From Lepidodermella squamata (lineage: Eukaryota > Animalia > Gastrotricha), in NCBI GenBank assembly GCA_047495785.1, contig JBLDXI010000009.1, positions 3,782,001-3,846,000 on the forward strand: DNA of 64,000 nucleotides. The letters are read 5' to 3'. Made by a program: the position numbers and the translations under genes. The notes beneath the pieces were generated by a model that was not told the DNA's origin, did not search any database, and saw only the letters and a program-made list of their open reading frames with translations. This document shows positions 52,404 to 64,000 of the stretch, piece by piece (the stretch's first letter is position 1; every line of letters begins with the position of its first letter).

Positions 52404-53476
52404 TCACCAATCCTCGACGGACCAAATAAATGCCTCCTCCCGAACTGTTTTTCGATCAGCCATTTTGAGGAAGAGCTCCCGCTCGAACCCGCTACTTCGA
52501 TCAACACCGTCCCATCTTGTGCCAGGAGGTATATTGAAGCGGTTAGGGGGCCCTCTATGCGGCCTCGCTGGTTTTTCTGCGCTCGAACCTTCGCAATCAT
52601 CGTATTTCTTGCTCTTGCCCTTAGTGAAGGCCAGCATTGGGTCTCCTATTCGGTCCTTTTCACGAAGCATCTGTAAAACAATCAAAGCATTAGGAGTTAA
52701 TTCAATGCGTTAGCAGAGTGCAAACTTTTTCGAGGTCTTCATCGTCAGCGTACCGAGCTAGTGGCTTCGACATTTCTTTGAATGCCTCCTCCGCTCGCTC
52801 TTTTTGCTGAGCAATTTGCGCCAGACCCTTAGACCATTCCGAATACTTTTCCTGGCGCTCCTCTTCTTTCGATCTTTTCTCAGCAGCCTCTTCTTCTTTC
52901 CTCTTCATTTTCGTGCTTTTTCTCACATCCGGGAGTACGACGATTCCAGCCGTTGACTCTTCTTTAATTTCTTCTTTGATAGCAACAGGTTTTGAGACCA
53001 CCTGCGTTGAACTGGAGCTCGATCGGCGCTTGTATGCCTAGAAATTTATTTCAGCTAATGATAATTCAATGTGACACAATTAACCGTCTTACCTCTTCTT
53101 TGATCAAAAGGCTTCGATCGCCGTCATCTCCAACACTTTTCCATTTGCCTGAAGATGAAAATTTCTCCAGAATTTGAACTTCCTCAGGTCGCTCGTCGAT
53201 AACAGCCGCTATGGTTGGTTTGAAGCTAACTTCATCCGGATCACTGGCATCATCGTGATCGTCGAACACATTGGCTGATTGCTTTTTCGGAAAATCTGTG
53301 GCTGATAAACTGTCATCCGCGTCATCATCGACTACTTTAACACGACTTCCTGCGATTGTGGGCTTTTTCTTCTTGATCTTTTTCTGCTTATCACTTGAAC
53401 CAGAATCGCCGCCTGATAGATACTTTTTCAAGTAATCTGCTTTTGATAGCGGTGCGCTTGATTTACCACCGGACAT
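52404..53476 (-). CDS. BUD13: BUD13 homolog (RES splicing complex), 3 exons
   Basis: [12 protein letters not shown]-terminus; [52 protein letters not shown]. Confidence 0.93.
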
Positions 53477-53712
53477 TTAAAAGTCTATTTTAGTTAAAAC
53501 AACAGTTAAACTCGCGAAGAGCTAAAATAGGGATTGGTCATTTATTGCATATTTCGCACTATAATTTGCTTTGTTATTGCAACTCAGCAGCATCATATTA
53601 CAATGGAAACAATGAAACACTCTGCGAAACTGAGCCATTGTTTTTTTAAGGAAATACTTGATCCGCCACCAATTCTAACTAGCTCATCATGGTGCTCGCT
53701 TGAAGCTACAGA

Positions 53713-54446
<734 letters not shown>

Positions 54447-55479
54447 GGTTCGGTAAATAGAATTTAGAAGCACGAAGCGACTAAAAATGTAAAGCAATTG
54501 ATTCACTGAATGAACAGGGAAGAAGTGTGAATGAATGACTAATGCAAGACAGCACTTTGAAGAAAACGAACACCAACAATTATTGAATCCGAGAATTGAA
54601 GGCAGAAAGCAGTTTAAAATTTCAAATTTCCCGCTAGCCGCATCAAAGTGAGAAGAACATATGCGCCAAATCTTAAATCTCTCACGCAGCACGACGACGC
54701 GCACGGTTGTCTTTAAGATGGGGCGGGATAGTACTCCCAAATCCACAGAAACAGGAGAAAAAAACAACCAAGTCGGACGACTCACCCGTTTTCGGGTGCG
54801 AGATCGTGGGAGAGATCAGCTGAACAGATCGTAAAAAACGGTGATAAAATTTTTTCTCAAATTTCACTGAGAAAATAAAATTAACTTTAATTTTGCATAA
54901 TATTTAGGAATATTCACGTATTTATTAGCCGCAGGTATTACTCCTCGAAAGAAGCGGTCAGTCCTCGGCCCGAGGTTGGCATTCGCATGCCACTTGCAAA
55001 AATTTCCTGAGGTTGCACCCTAAATTTTTTACACATTCTTGAACAAGGCTATGAGTGAGAGCAGCCTGTAAAGTTTTATGACATTTCGCCACAGATTCAC
55101 TTTAAAAAATGATGGTTTAGAATTGAGATTTGCAGTTGGACGTGACTTTTCTGGTACCCGATTGATGGTCGATGCAGCAGAAATGTCATTCCTTTAATCA
55201 GACTGCATGCTGCATGGAGCGTTGCGCATGCAGTGTTAATGTATTAGTGGTTTGCTTGTATAATTAGAAAACCAAGTTACTTGGTCCGTGAAACACCCAA
55301 CGGAACCTAGCAGCGTGTTTTCATCAGCACTAACTTCCACTTGTCCTGGAAGTCTCATCATTTGTTATGGATTGTTATGGACCAATACTAGTCGGTAGAA
55401 ACAAAAATTACACTTGCATCACCTTCCGTTGGCGTGCTGCCAACTTTTGCTGCTAAGTTCAGCTTTTACACTGTAAAAA

Positions 55480-56185
55480 GGGTGCATCGATTTGGGACCC
55501 CATTTGTTATATCTGACAGCAGCGCATAACAAACGTGAGAATTTGTTATATAACGTAACAAATGACGCTGATTACGATGGTGCTTTTTATTTTTTCATCA
55601 GCATCACCTGGACAGGTGTGGATCGAAAAAACCAGGTAAGGTGGCTTACCTGAGCAGGTAGGGTGCGTCCCATGACCTCGAGAGTCATTTTTTCGGATTC
55701 TCCGTCGTAAATTACTGGTATTCACAAAATCTTATGAAATTCTGATACACATAACTCACGAAATGAGAAATACAATGATATTACACAGAGTTGCAATTTC
55801 AGTGATTTGTTGATGTCAGTCTATAATGAGAGTTACTCGCTTGAAAGCGGAAACTTGGATTCTTCAACATTGCACCGTGTGTCTAATAATGAGTGCAATA
55901 GGGTAAAAAATGATGCAGAATTCAACCGTGCTATTGTCTAATCAATAAAACTTATTTCTACGTGGCTAATTGATCACGTGACCTAGAGCCGCTTAATCAA
56001 GTTCCTGATGGGTGCGAATTTAATTATTTTACCATATTTGTTATAACTGTCAGCACATCATAAAAAACATGGGATTTTGTCCAATAAGGTAAGAAGTGGC
56101 GCTGAAAACGCTGGTGATGTTCATTTTACTATCAGCACCTTCTTGACAGGTGAGGATTGCCAAGAAAAGGTAAGGTGTCTTATTC
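55480..56185 (+). repeat. Diverged direct repeat pair (about 55480-55650 and about 56010-56185, offset about 534 bp)
   Basis: TGACGCTGATTACGATGGTG..ATCAGCATCACCTGGACAGGTGTGGAT..AGGTAAGGTGGCTT versus TGGCGCTGAAAACGCTGGTG..ATCAGCACCTTCTTGACAGGTGAGGAT..AGGTAAGGTGTCTT. Confidence 0.6.
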
Positions 56186-57156
56186 CAGCGAGCATGATAA
56201 TGAGACTATTCTGTATTCAGTTCAAGGCAATGTTATTGGATTTTATTAAATTGATGAAAGTTATGAGGTTCTACTGTTGTTCTAAATGTTGCTCTGATGT
56301 CCTGAAAGAAGCCAAGTGGGCCTTAGGCGTGTTTTGTTTCTATTACCGTCGAAGCTGAATTTCCGAATTTCCATAATCCGTCGAATTTTCCATGATGTAA
56401 TGGCTAAAATTTGTTGACGAATTTCGTAATATCAATGCATGCCTTTCTATGATTTCCAAAATGACTGCACACGACTGTACAAGAAAACTCCTTTAAGCGA
56501 ACTGAAACATCTGTTTATTTCTCTATCACCTATTTATTTATTTATCTTCCAAAATCTCAAATTGAAATCGAAGGTCAAACAAAAGTTGGCAATTAATCTG
56601 AAATTGATGAGCAAGAAATATAAGAAATTCGAGGTAAATAATGTGAGTATAGGCAAACATCTTTGAAATATAGGTATATTAATTTTCGTATCAGAATATA
56701 CGATAGCATTCGCTATTCTTAAGTATTCCAAAATTTAAGAGTATCAATACACAAATTGAACAATGATTCCTCGAAGAAGTTAACGAATATTATTGACTTT
56801 CTCGCACGAAAAGGTCATATTAACAGTAATAAGCAACATCATCAGCGAGGATAATATGTTGTTTGGGCATAGTAACAGTCGGTTTGGGGCATTGGTGAAA
56901 CCTCAACAATTTCAAATATACACGGCGAGAAAGGCACAACTGAAGTCGAAAACAATGAAAAATAATCAGTCAAACTGAACAAGTTCAAATATATATAGCA
57001 ACGAAGGCACAATTGAATTCGAAAAGAAAAGAAGAAATAAGGACTTGTGATAAAAATTGGAAGGTTACAGCTTCAAGAATTAATATTCATGTACCGAGTA
57101 TCAGTAATAATATTCATCGAATAACAAGCAATTCACAGGAATCAGAAACGTGCTAG

Positions 57157-60100
57157 TTAGAAAAACCTTTCCAAACCGTCAGTTCCCGGGATTTTTTCGA
57201 AGCGAGCGAGCACGCGTCTCATGGCGGCCATGTCACCACCGCTTAATCCGTATATACTCTGAACTTTGATCTAATAAGTGAAAATAATTAAAGCTAAGAT
57301 TTCGCGATATTTGAAGGCTCAAGTTACCTTAGCTTTCGTGATTTTGCATCCGCAAGGTGTCAACCCGCACATATGGCAAGGCTTGCGGGGTTTACCGGTT
57401 TCCTGGTAAAAAACGAATTTCGCTGATTTTGTAATGCGCAAAATTGGAAATAAATCACCTTCATGGCCACGCAATCCAGGCAGGTACACTCGGCATTGAA
57501 CTGACATCCAGGGTCTTCGGCATAATAGTTGCGCGCCAGCCGCGCCAGAACTTCTTCGTTGGTCATAGCATCAACGTCGATGTCAAGAAGTGTGCTCGCA
57601 GCCGGCGATTCTGGAGCATCGCCCAAGCTCTCAGAATACGACGAACTATCGCATTCGTTGGATGGATCACCGGGTTGGGGGAAAATAGATGGGCTGAACA
57701 TTTCCAACCCAACGGAGGGATCTTCCCTCTCAATAGGCTGGGGTTGGACGCCGATGAAGTTAAAAATAGCAGCTGTGGCGTTCCATCGTGACAAATTTCC
57801 GAATTTGCGACCGATTTCTTCGACTTCGAGTCGGCCCGATGGAAGTTCATAATACCGTCTGTAACCCGTTCTTCGTGAAATTGCGCCCTCCAAGCTGCCA
57901 ATTGGAGCTAGCAGACAAAAAGTTTCGTCGAGTTGTAAAATAACCGCAACCAATTCATATAGTTCGCTTCCGCGAATTTTAATCGTCATTGGGCATTTCG
58001 TCAACGCGGTAGTAGCCTTCATTTTCAAATGGACAGCGATAATCGGCATGTACGGAATGTACGGGTGGCAATGAGAATGTACGGCTTGTCGATATTTCAA
58101 TAAACCGCGGCATTTCAACGTTGGGCACTTGATGTCTTGTGCAATGAAGAGCGAGTTCAGCTTCACTTCAATTTTGCCGATACTGAAAATGTATAACACA
58201 TTATTATTAATTGATGGATTCAAACTGTATCTTGGGCCATAAAGTGGCCGGCTTCACGAATAAATTGCAACTACGCAATTTTAAATAAATAAAATTTAAA
58301 TTTAAGAAAAAAAGCTTCGAAGTTATTCGACGAAAATTTGTAGTTCATTTCTACATTTTCCAGTGCTCTTAGCACGCAGTTAGCAGGCTCTTAGCAGCAG
58401 AAGTAATATACTTTTTACGCTGAAAATGGCACAATATTATGACGACTTACTCTCGTGAAATCCCTCGCAATAGGGGATTAGTGACAATCCACGGAACGTT
58501 ACTCGTCTTCTTCCCAGATACAATTTTCTCTGAGCAATTTTTACAACGAGGACACCCTTTGCCAATGTCACACCCGTCGTACTGAAAGATGGCCTCGATG
58601 ACACACTCAATTTTCATGCCCGATAAATCGATAATCGATGTGTCGCCTTCTGTTCGACGGGTGTTAGGCAGTATGGCCGCCAAATATTCTGCTCGCGCCT
58701 TTTCCGCGGCTACGACATTTCGGGCGATGATGCACTCGTGGTAAAGCTCGATGAAATCGGAGAGTTTGTTTAAACAACGGGCATTTGGCGAGCTTCAGTC
58801 AGTAGCCGAAATAGGACGATGAGAAAATCGAAAGCTCTGCTGTTGCGAATTTCGAATTTTTTACCGTCGAGCGAGAAATCGGAAGGATCGCGGGGCCAAT
58901 AGTCAAGTATCTGAGGATCACAGGGCTGAATTCCAGGTCTGGACTCTGCAGATGCTGGCTGATTAGCAGAAGTAGAAATGATGTCACCGAGAATGGAAAT
59001 AGGCTCAGTAGCCGTAGGACCAGGCTCCGCATCGTTGGCGGATGGAGGCTGTGTAACAACGCTGTCGGGTGGTTCAATTAGCTCGGCACAGCAATATCCA
59101 ACAACAGCAACGATGTAGTCATTAAATCTCGGATCGGTCCAAACGACCGGTTGCCAGTCTGGATTCCTGCCGATCAGGTCATCGTACTCAAAAATATTGT
59201 TGCCATGAATCCGTAAAATTATGTAATGGCCGGTCGATGGTGCGTTGGCTGGCTGATAAAGTATTATGAAATGCGCGAACTGCCTGCGTAGCATGAAACA
59301 AAGGATAGGGAATTCTGTACATTTGAAAAGCTGACAACAAACTTGTATTTTTCTGCAACAACGATGTAATTGGGAAGCAATTCAACAGCTTTCGCAAGCG
59401 AAAACGGAGGTAGCGTCTCTTGTAATTGAATTGTTGTGACTGGAAATTGCCCAACCCCACAGCTGTGTCGGTAGCCCTCAGTGAATGTCACAATCCCTTC
59501 GCAGTAGTAACATCTATGCAAGTGAAAATCGATAGAAAACTGTGAAGAGGTTCCCTGTTATCTTACGGTTGGCCTTTAGCGTTTTCCTTAACTGCACACG
59601 CGATCTCTGGGACCACACCGCCGCTGACATGGCCCAAATAAGCACCACACGGAACCGGCCATTGAGAAATGTTGAAAGTGCTATCAACTATTTCTTGAAC
59701 TGTTGGCTTCAAATCGCTACAAAAAACATCATCAGCAATAAGTTTAAATTATTCCAAGCATGAGAATTACATTGAGTCCTGTAGGCTAGGCGCATGAATA
59801 GTTGGAGCAAACAAATTCAATACCCGCGGAGAAGTTTTTTGACAGTGCTCAAAATTCGGACAGATCTCAGATTCGGCAGTGAGATAGCAGTCGGAGAGTA
59901 TGCTCAAATTTTTCAGAAGTTCACCCGCAGAAATGTTGCCATTGATGTTTCCATTAGGGAATCCGAGACGCAGTAGCAGATCGTAACGGGCATTTTGCGC
60001 TATAGCCTCATCGTTGGAAGACTTCGCCAACCGTAAAGCAGCCGAAAAATTTCTCATGGGACCAGGGCATAGTTTGGCATGGCAGTGCAACAGAGCGGCC

Positions 60101-63022
60101 GTCACGCTGTCGAAAGCACAGCAATCGGACATTGCTCCCCGTTCGACCACGCCCGTATTCCTTAGAAGCCAGAATCCCGAGTCAGGCGTTTCGACGCTTT
60201 CGACGCTATCTCGACTCAGAAGTGACGATAACGGCAGCACGCCATTATTTGGAGGGGACAACGACTCATGACCCACATTCTCAACAGTAGCCGCCAATAA
60301 TTCAGCTTGAGCATCTGTGAAAAAAGCATATGTTTTCATCTAATTCCGATCAATGCTCTTTAGTAAATTTAGGAATTTATTTCTGCTCTAAGATTCAATT
60401 CAGACTTTCGAAGATTATTAGCTTTATTGAACTCGAATGAAGTCATAAATTCAGCATTCATGGCTAAACGCCCGTTTGAAAACTTATTGGAAAATATGCA
60501 AAATAGTCTCAAAGCAAAATCCGAAACGCTGAACATGGCTTACCTTCATAGATCGCTGTATTATTTACTAAGTTCGGTGAAACTGCGACAGATGCGACCA
60601 TTGATGGCTGCGGAGCAGCAGCAGTGACTTTAGCCTTATTACCCGCTTTCAAGAGTGAGCCGTAATAGGTTTTCAACTTCCGCCTTTTCTTCATCTGTTT
60701 AAGATGTCGAGTGAAACCGGGGCCCTCCCACCTTTCTGCGGTGGAGTCGCTTATGACATCGTTGCGCCTCTTTTTCTCCGCTGGTGGAAATTTGGAGAAA
60801 TTTGCGGCCTGATAGCGCCTACGAACTGCTTTTTTCAGCACGCGAATTGCCTGAGCGGGTGGCAAGGGTCTCCCCAAAGGAAGCTCGATGTTTTTTGTCA
60901 TGCCTATGGCCTGTTCGACGCTGCCATTGGTGTAGTGAAGCGGGACATCTTCAACTTTGCTAAATTAAAATAAAGTTCATGCTGTCAAATATCACCGTTT
61001 TCAACAGTGGGCTAATTCAACTTACAATCGGGCCACAGCTGCGCCGCCGATGAAAACTCCCGAGAAACATGGGAATAGAGGCAAAGTTCGCTTGAAGAAA
61101 TTACCGCTCATAAACTTAGAGTGATACTCATTTTTCGCCGGGAGCTCGGACGACGATGACTCGTTGATCGGCTGATGCATTTCAGCTTCGGCGGCTAAAT
61201 CAGCGGCCAGTATCGCCTCTCGGTCTTTCGCAACGACGGCGGTGAAGTACTTGTGAAATGGTGAATTTTTCCAGTAGGCATTCAGAAAATAATTCCTCTT
61301 TTTAACATCATCATCTGGTTCTCGACCAGCTTCCGAGGACGAATCCGATGATGGAATGGAATCGATATGTTGAGCTTGAAAACTGCTTTTCGCTTCATCA
61401 AGCTCCATAAGGGCTTTTTTGACATCCGCTGTGGCATACAGCGGCTCGAAAATTCGTGTCATCAGTCTGACAATACGCCTCGTCTCCGTCATCGTGCGGC
61501 AGTGCACAAGCATGCAAAAACATGTCAAGAAAAGTTGCCGTGCAGGCTTCTTTAGTTTCTCGTTAGATAAGTTTCGCGAAACTTCATGCATTATGTGCGA
61601 GTAGCACAAAATTAACAGAACGAGACCAGGTATGCCTGAGATGCTTTCATTGGCAATTTGAACCTCTCCATTAGCATCGGAACCGCCTAACGCTTGAAAG
61701 CATTTTGTCAGATATGTTTGAAAGGCGCACTGATTAAATACTTTGCTGCCAGCTTGCAGTAGAGCAAAACTGTGGTCTACAACGAGACCAAAGGGCTTTC
61801 GCGGTTTTCCGACCACTGCATCTTCCCAACCTTTCAAAAATGTGCTTAATAGGTATTGCTGTGCCGCTGATGTGTGATCGGCAGTCAATGACTCGCCTAC
61901 AATAAGATTCGGAACATCGGCACGAGGTGATGATAATACAACCGGCATGTACTGAACAGCTTTTCCAGAAATTATATCCGGAATTGTTACTTTAGACGAG
62001 CTGTCCCAATGTATTAAATAGAAGCCCTCCGTTTCGATAGCTACTTTTTGCAGGAACCTGAGCTGTCGCTTGGAAAATAGGGCTACCATGAAAGGCACAA
62101 CAGAAAAGGTCTGGATGTACTTGCACTCTTCAAGCACCCTCTTCTTATCTTCTTCGCTCAATTCCTCGAAATTGATGGGAACGATCGGGTCCTCAATATC
62201 GACCTCCAGATGTTCTCGAATAATTTCAAGCAGCACGTCAATGAATGCGTCTTTATCTAGACGACCAGATAATCGTTTCAGCGACTTCGCTTTATGAATG
62301 GTCTGCAAGTCAGGTACAGCAGTCTTGTTACCAGCCTGAAATATTTCCGACTCGCGCTGAATGCGCCTCTTCCTCGTCTCATCCATTGGTCCTTCAATAC
62401 CAAAATTATTCAGCAAATTTTCATGATGCACCGTGACAGATTGGCCTCGCAACTTATCGAGCATTTCCGCCCTAGCGCTGCCTCTTAAAGGTCGAGCAAA
62501 TTTTTCTGCTTCAGGATGGTTCTCTTTTGATTGAGAAACCAATTTGCCAACGTAAAAATCTTCAACCTTCGAACTTAAATCGACATCGAAGTCAAAGTTT
62601 CTGCGGCAAGTCGGCGAATTGCAGTAAGCCTTTCCCTTCATGGTTTTACCATCTGTTGACTTGTTGCCGAAAGAAACACAAATAGCACATGTCAGTTCGC
62701 CATTTTCATGAACTCGATCATAAAATAGCTTCGACCATCCTTTTTTCAGGCTTCTCGATTTGGGATCGACAATTCGGGCCTTATCCGCTTCCGTCAATTT
62801 GAAATCGTAAACGAAAACTTCGGGTTCAGATACGCTACACGCAACTACGGGTAGTTCTTCGGGCCCGGAAAAATATTTGCCGTATTTGTCTTGATGATTT
62901 TTGAAGCGTTGGTAAATTCTTGTTTTGGCTTCAAGGGAGTCATCATTAAACAATGCATTCGAGAGATCTGCATACGATTGATAACTCGGACCTAACGTAA
63001 ACATTACTGGTAAATAAATCAT
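57157..63022 (-). mobile_element. Mutator (MULE)/NOF-FB-type transposase gene, spliced, fused to a USP-like peptidase domain and a second degenerate copy; one frameshift near 58790; element termini not defined
   Basis: Exon 63022-61026 has LIHWDSSSKV (D1), LVVDHSFALL (D2) and LCYSH (CxxH); exon 60959-60544 supplies YTNGSVEQ (E). Exons from 60314, 59716, about 59513 and about 59284 splice in frame and give SDCCAFDS and TGHYIILRIHGNNIFEYDDL. Confidence 0.8.
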
Positions 63023-64000
63023 TTTCCTGTCCCGGGGAACACACCTGCACCTGGCGGAATCTTTTCATGCGTCAAAAAATAGTTTGAAATAATTCCGTCG
63101 TCGTAGATAAATTGAGTTTGACGGACCATTGAAACCTCAGCAAATAACGATTACACCAGGTATCCTAACACAGGGAGAAAATGCGTTATTTCATCTTTAT
63201 TTTCTTTCCTTCGAAAATTAATTTTCAGCAAGTGAAAAAACTACTACTCAGGAAAGGGAATATGTAGCACGAACGAACGTCGCTATTAGCCATATAGCGT
63301 AATATTTTATTGCAGATTTTTCGCTTGCAGTTTCCAGCGTCAATAAATCTCTTTGGAAGTGTACTTGAATAGATATGGCGAATAAAAGACGCCAGGGTAA
63401 TCAGCAGATGTAAGCGTCACGTCGGTATTATAACTTAGGTATAACCGAAGAACTTTTTTATATAAAACATTTCAAAACGATAACTTTTTGCAAATTTTTA
63501 CAGCAAATTATGTATCCTGGTTTCAGCAACATCGTTTCGCAAAAGAGAAGCTATTTAATTTCATAAAAAAAATTGTCAGCATTCGACAAAATTTGCAAGT
63601 TTAGTCTTGTATTTCTTCAGCACGATTGTGAGTCAGCAAATCCAATCGATGTCAGCATCCTCCATAGCTTCACTTCAAAGACACTTCTTACTGCCAAAAT
63701 TGCTGTAAATGATATCGAAATTCTGAACAGGTACATACAGTCTGGCTTGAACTTACCGGCTAGCAATCATTTCCATGTTCATACCTTGCCGTCATCTTGT
63801 AGATTGTAGATAGTAGACAGCGAAATTGAACTGGCTAATTTACTGAGACTGAGATACCCTACAAATCAAGCGCTAAATTTGAGCAGAGTAGTCAGGCGAA
63901 ACTCACCAACTGCCTCTTAGCGAAAAGTCGAGAACGCTATAGTTCCCTTTTGAGAGGTCAAAAGGCGCAGTAGGATAAAATGTGTCCTTTTAACTTTCAA

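Noticed and set aside
55469-55479. CACTGTAAAAA as a CACTA/EnSpm terminus
   Set aside because: No partner TIR in the window, and the nearby transposase has MULE rather than CACTA motifs.
55645-55700. Resemblance to the U1 snRNA 5' end (CTTACCTG..CCATGA..CGA) or to an SL RNA
   Set aside because: No ATTGCAC loop II at the expected spacing (the nearest is about 180 nt further on), no convincing Sm site, and the donor pairs with downstream rather than upstream sequence. It is better explained as part of the repeat.
63570-63930. Short spliced-looking fragments on the minus strand upstream of the transposase
   Set aside because: Too short and cut off by the window edge to assign to the element or to a gene.

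Overview
Gene-dense genomic DNA from a compact-genome animal. Introns are GT-AG and most of those I measured are 50-60 nt; the species cannot be named from sequence alone. I assembled 16 spliced protein-coding genes by hand. In order: an F-box/LRR gene with a BTB gene nested antisense in its large intron; a co-directional STT3B-NEMP-RPL23 run; two convergent ankyrin-repeat genes; a secreted astacin-EGF-CUB-kringle protein; FoxL1; a MAM-astacin-EGF-membrane protein; two further single-pass membrane proteins; STKLD1; aralar/citrin; NACA-BUD13; and a Mutator/NOF-type transposase. Three MITEs have visible termini and target-site duplications (Kolobok-like, Harbinger-like, hAT-like). The most interesting signals are: (1) probable operons resolved by trans-splicing (NACA>BUD13 and STT3B>NEMP>RPL23); (2) two astacin-fold proteins flanking FoxL1 that have both lost every zinc ligand and the catalytic Glu, one with a MAM domain where the pro-peptide normally sits; (3) a spliced MULE transposase fused to a USP-like (deubiquitinase-fold) domain followed by a second, dead copy of it. 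Family assignments come from motif recognition by eye; no database search was run.
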